This document shows positions 53,246 through 63,344 of a stretch of 64,000 nt of DNA, in pieces. Origin of the DNA: Oligoflexia bacterium. GTDB lineage: Bacteria > Bdellovibrionota > UBA1018 > CAIMNF01. The first letter of the stretch is position 1; each line of letters opens with the position of its first letter. The stretch lies in assembly GCA_903845155.1 (NCBI GenBank), contig CAIMWN010000250.1, positions 2,550-66,549 of the forward strand. Reading direction: 5' to 3'. The notes beneath the pieces are model-generated. The model searched no databases and was not told the origin of the DNA. It was given only the letters and a program-made list of their open reading frames with translations. The translations under genes were made by a program, and so were the position numbers.

Positions 53246-56200
53246 AAAAGTCTGTGAGAAAATAACCGTACTGCCGGGAGTACTCACTTGTGATTGCAAA
53301 CACGTAGGCGACGAAATGGTATTTCCTGTAATCGTAGAGCCGCTCGGGATTTCAAGCGTAGTGGCGCTCGCGCTATGAAGGTCGCACTTCATCAGCATGA
53401 GATCTGCCCCCGGAAAAACTACTTGTGAATAGCCCGCGACATCCAAATGATCAATGAGTGTTAAAAAACGATATTGATAGTTTTGACTGATGCTGGGGAA
53501 TGAGCCTGTTTGAATTTGTAAGTCGTTGCTATCATTCCCGCTCAAAGTATAAATCGAACTTGCTCCGTTGTTTGGGTCCGCGCTGGCTCCGTTTGGATAA
53601 ATATGGATCCATGAGCCAATAAAGTAATCCAAGAATTCTGAGTAAGGTGTATCTGAAGGAGTGATCTGAACTTTTTGCGCGCTGATTCGTGAGTAAAGTG
53701 TGGACGAGTTCGCCACGCTCGCCAGGAATTCGGTGTTTCCGTCGTTCGGATCAATGGCACTGGCCCCATTATCAATGATGAGATCACCATAATTCAAACC
53801 GGAATTTTTGAGATAGAGGGTGCCTGCACCACCGGCGGTGAAATCACTTCCAAGTCCAGCACCCCCCCGTGTTTGGATGACACTCTTGATGCTAGTAAGG
53901 GAAGCAGCGTCGATAGGGTAAGTGAATTGATCTGAAAAAGTGGTTTGATCTCCGGTAGAAATGAGCGCGATTCTACCTCCACCACCTCCACTGACCACCC
54001 AGCTCACAGCGTCTCCACCATTTGCGGTGATAGAGGTAGCACCGGCATTTCCTGCAAAGCCCGAGCAGTTTAAATAAATGGAACCACCGGCGCAACCGTA
54101 AGTAGGGGAAGCATCGGCGCTGATACTAGCGCCCGAGTTGATCGTACACATTCCTGTGGCAGTCACTCGGATCACGCCACCACCTGCGTAGGCCGCGCTC
54201 ACTCCAAAAGCACCGCCGCCTGGATAGCTTGGATTTTTAAAATCTCCATATGGTTCGCCTCGATCGGTGATTGCGCCATAGCTTGAAACTCCGCCTGTAC
54301 CTCCATGCGATGCTCCAGCGAGCGCGAGTGAGGAGAGTACTTCTGATGGGACAGAGTATCCACCGTAACTGTCACCCTGGAGGCCACTTGCGCCACCCAA
54401 ATATCCGAGTGCGTCCGCAGAAATATTTCCACCTGAAAGAAGCGTTAACGAAGCAACATTGATGTCCAACCTGCGAACTGCGTTTGAAAGCGTGGCTGAA
54501 TGTGTGAGGGTGGCGTTACGAACAAAAATAGTTCCAAAAGTTTGTCCAGAAGTGGAAGAGTCAAAAGTGCTGGTGCCACCTGTGAAGTAAAAACTGTGTC
54601 CGGCTGAAGTGCTGGTGATGGTAGTAGATGACGCGATGGTGGTGAATTGACTCGAATCAAAAATAACAGATGAGGCATTGGCAAATGTAACGCTTGGAGT
54701 TTCTGCTCTCGATACCGCGGTAAAAGTAGCTGGATTGACTACGGCGCTTGATGTGGCGATCACCGAATACACTCCGGGGGTCACTTCGTTTGCTAATTTG
54801 CAGGTGGCACTCGGCGTGATACATGCACCCGCGCCTGAAAGCGTTACCGAGCTTGATGAAACTGAAATTTCGATAGTCCTACCCGAACCCATTAGCACTC
54901 CTGAACTATTCTTTGGTATTGCAAATACTCGAACACTGGCGACTCCATCATGAGGTGCCAATGCTGCTGAAACGCGCATGCTGGATTGAGTCGGGTCGGT
55001 TGCTTCAAGATAAGTAAGACTTGAATTGCTTCCTTGTTGTGTATCTGTATTGGTGACTACCACGGTTTTTGTGCCGATCGTACCTGTTGGTGTGACACAA
55101 GTAAGAATGGTGGAGCTGACAAGAGTGGGAGAGGTGCAAGTCAAGCCTGCAACCGTTATCGTGGCGCCACTTAAGAATCCAGTTCCGGTAAGAGTGATCG
55201 TTACACCTCCCGCTTTAGTGACTTGGGCTGGAGAAATTGAAGTGATTGTTGGAAGCGCATCATAGGTGTAAGCCGAAGTTTTTGTCGCTGATTGAGTATC
55301 TGCGTTGGTGACAACCACAGAATTCACTCCTGCAGATCCCGTTGGTATTATGCAGGTGATTGATGTTGCACTCACTACGGTAGGCGAGGTGCAGGTATTG
55401 CCGCCGACGGTTACCGTGGCTCCCATTACAAATCCCGTTCCCGTTAAGGTCATGGTCGCTCCACCTGCGAGTGCACCAAAAGTGGGTGAGATAGAAGTAA
55501 GTGTGGGAACTGGATTATAGGTATAGGAATTACTAAGAGTTGCGGTAGCGCCATCCCCATTGGTGATTGCAATGCTCGCTAGTCCGGCCGCGTGAGCAGG
55601 TGCAAGGCATGTGATCGTTGTTGCATTCACTACGCTTGGAGAAGTGCACGCAAGTGTGGCGATGGTGACGCTTGCTCCCGTTACAAAACCTGAACCCGTG
55701 ATGCTAACAAGATTTCCCCCAGTTAATCGGCCTGAAGTGGGACTGACGCTGGTGATTGGAAAAGTAGTGTAGGTAAATGCATTTGATAATGTTCCGGTTT
55801 GAGTGTCTGGATTCGTCACCACAACTGCATTTACTCCCGCCGCGCGAGCTGGTGTGACGCAAGTGATGGACGTTCCGCTGACCACCGTTGGCGAAGTACA
55901 GGTTGTTCCACCGATGGTGGCAGTTGCGCCGGTGATAAAACCAGTACCAGTAATGGTTACCGTAGTGCCGCCTGCGGAATATCCGCTTGCAGGCGAAATG
56001 CTGGTTACCGTTGGCGCAGCATTATAGGTAAAACCGTTGGTGAGTGTTGCAGTTTGAGTATCTGCAAGTGTGAGGATGACATTTACTGAACCCGCAGCAT
56101 GAGCGCCAATCACACAAGTAAAGGTAGTGGAGTTGACTACGGTTGGTGAAGAACAGGTCACTCCTCCTGCAGTCGCAGTTGTGCCCGTGAGAAAGCCCGT

Positions 56201-59200
56201 GCCAGTGAGGGTGATGGTGTTTCCCCCCGTTGCTTTTCCGTTATTTGGACTCACGGATGTGAGTGTGGGTGCCGCATCGTAAGTGAAGCTACTGGTTTTC
56301 ACTCCAGTCTGAGCGTCCGTATTCGTCACTCTTACGTCTACCGTTCCCAAAGATCCTACTGGGGTAACACAGGTCATGGATGTCGCACTCACGTATGTCG
56401 AAGTGGTGCAATTTACACCGCCAACACTTGCAACGATTCCAGAAAGAAAACCTGTGCCGGTGATCGTGAGTGTTGAGCCTCCAGAAACACGGGCTGAGCT
56501 TGGACTCACAGCGGTCACGGTTGGAGTTGGGCTATAAGAGAATCCGCCTACCGAACTGGCGAAGCTGGAGTCAAGCAAAGTAATGGCCACGGTTTGTGCG
56601 CCAGTGGTTCCTGCTGGTGTTACACAAGTAATGCTCGTTGAGCTCACCACATTCACTGAAGTACAATTATTTCCCCCAACCGTAATGCTCGCACCTGTTG
56701 TAAATTGTGTGCCAGTGATCGTAATTGTTGTGCTGCCCGCTTGCGGTCCGAAGGCAGGTGCAATGTTGGTGATCGTAAATGGATTGTATGAAAATCCGTT
56801 GCTGAGGGTTCCCGATTGGGTATCGGCATTAGTTACGATCATAGAGTACACGCCTTGTGTATTTGCGGGGGTGACACAAGTGATGCTTGTCGTACTCACC
56901 ACTACTACACTGCTGCAAGCAACACCTCCGATCGTGAGGGTTGCTCCCGAAATAAAACCTGTTCCCGCGATCGTTACTGAAGTGCCCCCGGTGATTAATC
57001 CGTTATTGGGGGAAATCGAGGTAATTGTTGGAAACGCATTGTAAGTATAGCCGTTAGTTTTTGTAACAGATTGAGTATCTAAACTGGTCACGATCACGGA
57101 ATATGCACCCGCTGTTTTGGCAGGAGCGATACACGTAAGGGTGGTACTGCTCACTACAGTGGGTGAAGTACAAACAGTGGTACCTAATTTAACCGTTGCG
57201 CCAGTTAAGAAACCGGTTCCAGTGATGGTGATGGTGTTTCCGCCAGCGAGCAAACCATTCGTGGGACTTACTGCGGAGATTGTAGGAATAGCATTATAGG
57301 TATACGCATTGGTTTGCGTAACCGCTTGAGTGTCCACGTTGGTGACCACGACAGAAACTGCGCCCGCAGTTTTGGTAGGAACCACACAGGTTAAACTCGT
57401 TGAGCTCACCATTGCAAAAGTCGTACACGCAGTTCCGCCAATGGTCATGGCCACGCCACTCATGAATCCTGTTCCAGTGATGGTGATCGTGGCGCCACCG
57501 GTAAGTGGACCGTTCGTGGGCGAGACAGTAGTGATGGTCGGCAATGGGTTGTAAGTGTAAGCGGTGGCGAGTGTGCCCGATTGGTTGTCGGGATCGGTAG
57601 TTGAAATGGAATAAACACCAGTTGTATTGGCAGGGGTAAGACAAGTCATCGAAGTTGCGCTGATCACATTCACCGAAGTACACGCGGAGGCACCCACGGT
57701 GACGCTCATGCCCGTTCTAAATCCGGTACCGGTTAAAGTAATGCTGGTGCCGCCAGCCAGTTTTCCATTCGTCGGACTGACTGAAGTCAATGTAGGAAAT
57801 GGAAAGTAAGTATAGGCGCTAGAGAGCGAGCCAATTTGCGTATCCGGATTGGTGATGCTCAGTGGGTAAATGCCCGCAGCTTTTGCAGGAGCTATGCAAG
57901 TGAAAGATGTGGCACTGATTACCGTGGGCGAAGTACAAGTGATTCCACCAAGTGTTGCCGTTGCCCCAGTGATGAATCCGGTACCGCTCGCGGTAATTAA
58001 ATTTCCACCTGCGAGTTTTCCTCCCACCGGACTGACCGCCGTAATGGATGGAATTGCATTGTATGTGTATCCCTGAGTGAGTGTTGAACTGAGTCCGTCA
58101 TAATTGGTAATGATCACATCGGCAGGACCCGCTGCATTGGCGGGAGCAAAACAAGTAAGTGTAGTTCCGCTAATGATATTGGGAGATGAACAAGTGGCGC
58201 CACCGATAGTGATCGATGCACCACTTAGAAAGCCATTTCCCGCGAGGGTGACGAGTGTTCCAGACGTCAGTTTCCCGTTTGTTGGACTGATCGACGTTAA
58301 TCCGGGTGAGGGATTGTACGTGTACCCATATGACCCACTTAAGGTGATCACTGAGCCGTCCGGCCCAGTGAGGACAATGTCGACTGTGCCGAGCGCGCTT
58401 CCTGCGGGAACAATACAAGTCATTTTTGTGGGACTCACTACAATGGGGGAGGCGCATGTTACTCCATTCAGATTAATGGTCGTCCCTGAAATGAATCCTG
58501 TTCCAAGGAGTGTAAGTAAATCTCCGCCCGCCAACTTTCCTCCTGAAGGTGTTCTTGCGGTGACACCCAGAGGTAGGTTGTAAGTGAATGCATTTGTTTC
58601 AGTGATGTATTGCGTATCAGGATTGGTAATGGTGATGGAATAAGTGGCTGCAGCTTGGGGTGTTGAAACGCAGGTAATTTCTGTAGGCGAGACTACGGTA
58701 ATATTCGAACAATCCAATGTTCCAATTTTTACAGTAGCGCCAGCTTGATATCCCGAGCCTTGGAAAGTCATGAGTGTGACCCCATTGGTTCTGCCAGTTT
58801 GAGGGAGAATTCCGCTAATCGTTGGAAAGGGATTATAAGTGTATGCCTGAGTTGCCACTCCTGCTTGTTGGTCAATATTGTTAGTGACCGTGGCATCCAC
58901 TAGTCCGGCACTTCTCGCACCTGTTATACAAGTGGCAAGAGTTGAGCTTACCCATGTGCTAGTGGTGCAAGGGGCACCACCCAGTGAAATGGTGAGCGGT
59001 GATAAAAAATTTGTTCCCTGAATAGAGAGAGTATCTCCTCCTGCTTGTTTTCCATTGGAGATACTGAGTGTTGAAACAGTGGGAGGTGAAAGGTACTGAA
59101 CACGTTGAGGAAGCACATTATATTTGCTGTCTGGGTTGGTAACGCCAACATCATAAATTCCAACCGGGAGTGCTGGAAAAGAACACACCGCTTCGGTTCC

Positions 59201-59503
59201 ACTCAGTTGAACGGCCGAAGTGCAATCCGCACCACCTACGCTGATGGTCAGACCAGTTCTAAAATATTGGCCCTGAAGAGTGAGAACACCTCCGCCAGCG
59301 ACTCGACCATATCCGGGAGAAACGCTCGTGATCACAGGTGCAGGAAAATCCACGCCATCAGCGACCACAGAAACGCCAACTTGATGAGAGCTTTGGCAAG
59401 CACTGAGCGCGGCTAAACCAAAAAGAAAATAAATTCCCTGATTTAGAATGTTTTTGCACCAATTGCGCGTCAAAATCGATCCCTCCCTTATTCGTAACGG
59501 CAT
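53237..59503 (-). CDS. Giant surface lipoprotein with 17 tandem IPT/TIG-like Ig-fold repeats and a Gly-rich C-terminal region
   Basis: The ORF is open to 59557. The start is placed at ATG 59503 (MPLRIRE...), giving the lipobox FGLAALSA-C. It has 17 repeats of about 85 aa with the pattern P-T-[IL]-T-S-[IV]-S-P-x-x-G-x-x-x-G-G-x-x-[IL]-T-[IL]-T-G-T-G-F-x-x-G-x-x-[IV]-x-[IV]-G-G-x-x-C-T-S...T-C-x-x-P. The C-terminal part of about 590 aa has an Ig-like segment followed by G-rich repeats. Confidence 0.85.
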   Translation of the reverse strand: MPLRIREGSILTRNWCKNILNQGIYFLFGLAALSACQSSHQVGVSVVADGVDFPAPVITSVSPGYGRVAGGGVLTLQGQYFRTGLTISVGGADCTSAVQLSGTEAVCSFPALPVGIYDVGVTNPDSKYNVLPQRVQYLSPPTVSTLSISNGKQAGGDTLSIQGTNFLSPLTISLGGAPCTTSTWVSSTLATCITGARSAGLVDATVTNNIDQQAGVATQAYTYNPFPTISGILPQTGRTNGVTLMTFQGSGYQAGATVKIGTLDCSNITVVSPTEITCVSTPQAAATYSITITNPDTQYITETNAFTYNLPLGVTARTPSGGKLAGGDLLTLLGTGFISGTTINLNGVTCASPIVVSPTKMTCIVPAGSALGTVDIVLTGPDGSVITLSGSYGYTYNPSPGLTSISPTNGKLTSGTLVTLAGNGFLSGASITIGGATCSSPNIISGTTLTCFAPANAAGPADVIITNYDGLSSTLTQGYTYNAIPSITAVSPVGGKLAGGNLITASGTGFITGATATLGGITCTSPTVISATSFTCIAPAKAAGIYPLSITNPDTQIGSLSSAYTYFPFPTLTSVSPTNGKLAGGTSITLTGTGFRTGMSVTVGASACTSVNVISATSMTCLTPANTTGVYSISTTDPDNQSGTLATAYTYNPLPTITTVSPTNGPLTGGATITITGTGFMSGVAMTIGGTACTTFAMVSSTSLTCVVPTKTAGAVSVVVTNVDTQAVTQTNAYTYNAIPTISAVSPTNGLLAGGNTITITGTGFLTGATVKLGTTVCTSPTVVSSTTLTCIAPAKTAGAYSVIVTSLDTQSVTKTNGYTYNAFPTITSISPNNGLITGGTSVTIAGTGFISGATLTIGGVACSSVVVVSTTSITCVTPANTQGVYSMIVTNADTQSGTLSNGFSYNPFTITNIAPAFGPQAGSTTITITGTQFTTGASITVGGNNCTSVNVVSSTSITCVTPAGTTGAQTVAITLLDSSFASSVGGFSYSPTPTVTAVSPSSARVSGGSTLTITGTGFLSGIVASVGGVNCTTSTYVSATSMTCVTPVGSLGTVDVRVTNTDAQTGVKTSSFTYDAAPTLTSVSPNNGKATGGNTITLTGTGFLTGTTATAGGVTCSSPTVVNSTTFTCVIGAHAAGSVNVILTLADTQTATLTNGFTYNAAPTVTSISPASGYSAGGTTVTITGTGFITGATATIGGTTCTSPTVVSGTSITCVTPARAAGVNAVVVTNPDTQTGTLSNAFTYTTFPITSVSPTSGRLTGGNLVSITGSGFVTGASVTIATLACTSPSVVNATTITCLAPAHAAGLASIAITNGDGATATLSNSYTYNPVPTLTSISPTFGALAGGATMTLTGTGFVMGATVTVGGNTCTSPTVVSATSITCIIPTGSAGVNSVVVTNADTQSATKTSAYTYDALPTITSISPAQVTKAGGVTITLTGTGFLSGATITVAGLTCTSPTLVSSTILTCVTPTGTIGTKTVVVTNTDTQQGSNSSLTYLEATDPTQSSMRVSAALAPHDGVASVRVFAIPKNSSGVLMGSGRTIEISVSSSSVTLSGAGACITPSATCKLANEVTPGVYSVIATSSAVVNPATFTAVSRAETPSVTFANASSVIFDSSQFTTIASSTTITSTSAGHSFYFTGGTSTFDSSTSGQTFGTIFVRNATLTHSATLSNAVRRLDINVASLTLLSGGNISADALGYLGGASGLQGDSYGGYSVPSEVLSSLALAGASHGGTGGVSSYGAITDRGEPYGDFKNPSYPGGGAFGVSAAYAGGGVIRVTATGMCTINSGASISADASPTYGCAGGSIYLNCSGFAGNAGATSITANGGDAVSWVVSGGGGGRIALISTGDQTTFSDQFTYPIDAASLTSIKSVIQTRGGAGLGSDFTAGGAGTLYLKNSGLNYGDLIIDNGASAIDPNDGNTEFLASVANSSTLYSRISAQKVQITPSDTPYSEFLDYFIGSWIHIYPNGASADPNNGASSIYTLSGNDSNDLQIQTGSFPSISQNYQYRFLTLIDHLDVAGYSQVVFPGADLMLMKCDLHSASATTLEIPSGSTITGNTISSPTCLQSQVSTPGSTVIFSQTFLQ
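55000..59344 (-). repeat. Coding tandem repeat array (17 units of about 255 bp, IPT/TIG-like)
   Basis: Counted from the translated sequence (units of 84-88 aa). Boundaries are approximate. The units have diverged at both amino-acid and nucleotide level. Confidence 0.8.
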
Positions 59504-59627
59504 TTTTCGATGAAAAATAAACGAAAAAACTAAGTTATTTCGATAAGATAGGCCCACTTACAGTGTATCATACCGGCGGTTTATTGACAAAATTAGTCAA
59601 GTTTCAAGTGGTTGATATTATTAATGA

Positions 59628-60446
59628 TTACCAGCGTGTCTGGAGTGAGAGAACGGGGGCGAAAATAAAGACCTTGTCGCGTTGTTCTAAGTTGTTCGAC
59701 GTCGTGTAATTAAGTCGATCAAATGCGAGGAGGCCGCCGAGTCCCACGCTGAATTTCTTACTGAATTGATGTTCCCAAAGCGCACTACCGCCAAAACTTA
59801 GACTGTTTCGATATTCGGTAGAGTGCGAGGGAGTTCCCAAAACTACTACTGGAAAAACAGACCATCCAGATATGGCGATGCAGTCGGTGTCAGTGAGTGG
59901 AAGACAAGATCTAAATCCCAGCTGAATCCCAAGCAACAAAGGATGAACGACATCAATGATTTGTTGGGTGAGTACATCTGATCGGAGTTCTGTAAATTGC
60001 TGAGCCACAACACCCGCGTAAGTCACGATTTCTGTTTTACGAGTGGCCACATAATTTGAATAGCGGGGAATGAGACGGGGGTTCATTCCGAATGGCCACC
60101 AGGTTACCCCCAAAAAACCCTTCATTTGATTGAGTTTTATAGAACCCGCACTACCGAAACTCAGGTATTCAAATTCAAATAGATAACTTAAATCATGAAG
60201 GTCGCCATCGTATCTTCCTTTTTGTCCTGGGATTTTCTCAAACTCAATGCGCGTTCCTTGTGCCCAATTATTGAATTCAGCGTTTCCTGTTGTAGCGTTA
60301 CTCACTGCTGAGTAATCGGTATTTCCAAAATAATTCCACATTTGCAATTTATAAGAATCCCCTGGGTCAACGAAGGGACCAGCTGCATGCGCAATCCCAC
60401 CTGTGAGTAAAAACAAAATTGCGACTAAATGAACTAGATTTATCAA
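59628..60446 (-). CDS. Putative small outer-membrane beta-barrel protein
   Basis: Signal peptide MINLVHLVAILFLLTGGIAHA/A. Alternating aromatic/Gly-rich strands. C-terminal ...LSLQTRW with a terminal aromatic. Lies immediately upstream of the giant lipoprotein gene on the same strand. Confidence 0.5.
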   Translation of the reverse strand: MINLVHLVAILFLLTGGIAHAAGPFVDPGDSYKLQMWNYFGNTDYSAVSNATTGNAEFNNWAQGTRIEFEKIPGQKGRYDGDLHDLSYLFEFEYLSFGSAGSIKLNQMKGFLGVTWWPFGMNPRLIPRYSNYVATRKTEIVTYAGVVAQQFTELRSDVLTQQIIDVVHPLLLGIQLGFRSCLPLTDTDCIAISGWSVFPVVVLGTPSHSTEYRNSLSFGGSALWEHQFSKKFSVGLGGLLAFDRLNYTTSNNLEQRDKVFIFAPVLSLQTRW

Positions 60447-60652
60447 ACCAAACTCAGCTTATCTAATTGACTGTGTCTTTGAAACCTCATTTCGCATTAC
60501 CCCACATTTAATGCTTCATTTTGCAACATCACAAAATTGACCCTTCAGCTTAGCTCTTGAATTGATACCAATTTTGGGTTGGCATTAAGGTTGCTTTATC
60601 TAAGGTTAAGAAGATAAAATCTTCTAAACACAACAAAAAGAAGGAATAAGAT

Positions 60653-61078
60653 ATGAAAACTTTAATTGGAACAATGATGTTAGCAATCGGATTAGTGGTA
60701 GTCGCTCAACCCTCTATGGCTGAAGACAAAAAATTCGCAAAAAAACACCCACGCCGCGCTGAAGTGTTGAAGCGTGCCAATAATGAAGAAAATAAAAATA
60801 ATGCAGCAGCAGTGAATGGTAAAATCACTGATGCTCAAGCTAAAAAATTAGACAGACAAGATCAAAGAATCAAAGCGCAAGAGCAAGCTGATGCAAGAGC
60901 AAATGGTGGAACGATCACTAAAAAAGAACAACGCCAATTGAATCGCGAAGAAAATAATGTGAATCGCGAGCGCGGGCAAATGGAAAAAGCGGATGCTGCA
61001 AAAGCGGCTGGTGGAACACCTCCAACTACTCCGCCTACCACAGGTTCAGCTCCTACTGCTCCAAGCACATCCAACTAA
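60653..61078 (+). CDS. Secreted low-complexity charged protein with Pro/Thr-rich tail
   Basis: GAAGGA RBS. Signal peptide ...VVAQPSMA/E. Two similar Q/K/E/R/N-rich segments (AQAKKLDRQDQRIKAQE / KKEQRQLNREENNVNRE). C-terminal GGTPPTTPPTTGSAPTAPSTSN. Confidence 0.6.
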   Translation: MKTLIGTMMLAIGLVVVAQPSMAEDKKFAKKHPRRAEVLKRANNEENKNNAAAVNGKITDAQAKKLDRQDQRIKAQEQADARANGGTITKKEQRQLNREENNVNRERGQMEKADAAKAAGGTPPTTPPTTGSAPTAPSTSN

Positions 61079-61130
61079 ATTTAAACTTTCAGAGCTCTAA
61101 CGAGCACTGGCATATTCAATCGTCTAAAAA

Positions 61131-61162
61131 GGGGAGGCTGTTCTGCAGCTTCCCCTTTTTTT
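61131..61162. terminator. Bidirectional intrinsic terminator between convergent genes
   Basis: AAAAA-GGGGAGGC-TGTTCTGCA-GCTTCCCC-TTTTTTT: an 8-bp stem with one G-U pair, an A-run upstream and a T-run downstream. The T-run abuts the recG stop. Confidence 0.6.
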
Positions 61163-63326
61163 ATGAAGTTTTCAAACGGCCTGACTCTGTTTTCCCCTGA
61201 TTCTGAACATAGCGAAGAAAGGGCGCGTTTTCGGACTTTTTCAGATCTGGATCTTCCTTGAGAAGGTCAATAACGTCATCACGCGCTTTCATGAGCCAGT
61301 CTTGGTCTCTTACTAATGAAGCAATCTTAAATGGAAGTGATCCCGATTGCTTGGTTCCCAAAAATTCGCCCGGACCACGCAATTCCAAATCCGCTTCCGC
61401 AATCCTAAATCCGTCTTCGGTGTCACACATTACTTCTAAACGTTCGGGAGTGGGAATGTGGACGGGCCGATTAGTCTTTAAAAAGCAGGAAGACGCATGT
61501 TGTCCCCGCCCAATTCGTCCACGAAGTTGGTGAAGTTGCGATAGACCAAAACGCTCAGCATGTTCAACGACCATCACGGTTGCATTGGGAACATCGACGC
61601 CCACTTCCACGACAGTAGTCGAAACCAATATTTGAACTTCGTTCTTACGGAATCGATCCATCATGGCGGCTTTCTCATTGGATGAAAGCTGTCCATGCAA
61701 TAAACCGACTTTAAATTCTGAATACACACCATTTGCAAGCGTTTCCGCCGCAGATACTGCGCTGGTGAGATGCTTAAATCCCTCGTCTTCAGAATCATTC
61801 ACCAGTGGGAAAATGAAATAGGCCTGACGACCTTCATTCAGTTGTTTTTTAATAAATTCGTGCATCTTTGCAGTATCACTGCTTCGTACGAGATGGGTCT
61901 TAATCGGCGAGCGTCCGGGCGGGCGTTCGCGAATAATTGACACTGAAAGGTCACCGTAAGCAGTGAGCGCGAGCGTCCGTGGTATGGGTGTTGCCGTCAT
62001 GATGAGCGTGTGAGGCTCGATGATAGATTTCTCGCGCAGCTTTTTTCTCTGTTCCACACCAAAACGATGTTGCTCATCAATAATGATTAATCCGAGTTTT
62101 TTAAATTGAACGGGGTCTTCGATGAGTGCATGTGTTCCGATGAGGAGGCAAGGTTCGCCTGTGTCTAAAAATGCTTGCAGGACTTTTCGTTCACCAGCGG
62201 TAGTTTTTCCGACCAAAAACTTCACCGGAATTTTTGAACCAAAAAGTTTTAAGGTATTTTGAAAGTGTTGTTCGGCAAGAATTTCAGTAGGCGCCATCAG
62301 CGCCACTTGATAGCCTTGGTCCATCATCGCAATAGACGAGAGAAGAGCCACCGCCGTTTTGCCCGCACCCACATCCCCTTGTAAAAGTCGATTCATTGGA
62401 TGCGGTTTTTCAAAATCTTGGAATATCTCTTTCATCGCGAGTTGTTGGCCCGCAGTAAGTTCGAACGGAAGTTTAGTCTTCGCTTCTGAAAAGCTCAGGA
62501 CCAGCTTTTTGCCATCGAGTTCATGCCCCCGTGCTTTTTCGTGATTTATTTTCTGAGATACAACTTGGTATTCAAACTTGAAAAACTCTTCGTAAATGAG
62601 TCGCTGATGCGCAGGGGATTGAAAGTTAGCAAATTTCCCGGTTTCATCTTTTGAATAGTTGGATGCAGGAAAGTGTACCTCATGGATCGCTTGAGAAATT
62701 TCAGGGAAGCGGTGTTTGCTCAGAATGGAAGTTGGAAGTTCTTCCCTGAGCGCATTCACGCCCATTTGAAGTGCGACGTCCAAAATCTTTCTCAGTGTCT
62801 TGGTAGGGATTCCATCAATTTCCGTATAAACAGGAACTATTCTGCCTACGTGAAGATCATCCTCTAAATCGAACTGCACATCAGGGTGAACCATCTCGCG
62901 GGTAGAACCGAATATTTTCACCGTACCGGTGGCGATGAATTTGGCACCTGGTTCAAATTTCTTTTCAAAACCTTTAAATATTCTAAACCATTTCAGCGAT
63001 AGCCATTGTTTTTCTTGGTCATAAGCCTTCACTTCAAAAAGTTTTGAGAATTTCCCCCGGAGTGGACGCGTGAAGTGTTGGTGCGCAGTCAGTTCTACAG
63101 AAGCGGTGGAGCCTTCCTGTAAATTTTTTACCAGTACCATTTGTGAGCGGTCTTCATATTTACGTGGAAAAAAATAGAGTAAGTCCCGCACAGTGCTGAG
63201 ATCTCGGGAGGAAAACACCTGCGCCAGTTTGGGCCCAACTCCTTTAATAAATTGCACCGGAGTCGATAAGGGATCGGTATTCCGAGCGGGCGTTTTTGGT
63301 TTTGGGGTGCCGGTTTGAGTCGCCAT
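61161..63326 (-). CDS. recG: ATP-dependent DNA helicase RecG
   Basis: 721 aa. Wedge/OB N-terminal region, Walker A GDVGAGKT, DEQHRFG (motif II), helicase C motifs (QLRGRIGRG). Confidence 0.93.
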   Translation of the reverse strand: MATQTGTPKPKTPARNTDPLSTPVQFIKGVGPKLAQVFSSRDLSTVRDLLYFFPRKYEDRSQMVLVKNLQEGSTASVELTAHQHFTRPLRGKFSKLFEVKAYDQEKQWLSLKWFRIFKGFEKKFEPGAKFIATGTVKIFGSTREMVHPDVQFDLEDDLHVGRIVPVYTEIDGIPTKTLRKILDVALQMGVNALREELPTSILSKHRFPEISQAIHEVHFPASNYSKDETGKFANFQSPAHQRLIYEEFFKFEYQVVSQKINHEKARGHELDGKKLVLSFSEAKTKLPFELTAGQQLAMKEIFQDFEKPHPMNRLLQGDVGAGKTAVALLSSIAMMDQGYQVALMAPTEILAEQHFQNTLKLFGSKIPVKFLVGKTTAGERKVLQAFLDTGEPCLLIGTHALIEDPVQFKKLGLIIIDEQHRFGVEQRKKLREKSIIEPHTLIMTATPIPRTLALTAYGDLSVSIIRERPPGRSPIKTHLVRSSDTAKMHEFIKKQLNEGRQAYFIFPLVNDSEDEGFKHLTSAVSAAETLANGVYSEFKVGLLHGQLSSNEKAAMMDRFRKNEVQILVSTTVVEVGVDVPNATVMVVEHAERFGLSQLHQLRGRIGRGQHASSCFLKTNRPVHIPTPERLEVMCDTEDGFRIAEADLELRGPGEFLGTKQSGSLPFKIASLVRDQDWLMKARDDVIDLLKEDPDLKKSENAPFLRYVQNQGKTESGRLKTS

Positions 63327-63344
63327 GATAGTTAATTCAAAGAG

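Noticed and set aside
54678-58583. Series of plus-strand ORFs (60-159 aa) with repetitive V/T/P/A-rich translations inside the giant gene
   Set aside because: They are antisense to the IPT repeat array. Thr/Gly/Ser/Ala-rich codons on the coding strand leave the reverse frames free of stops, and the repeats of these ORFs simply mirror the sense-strand repeats.
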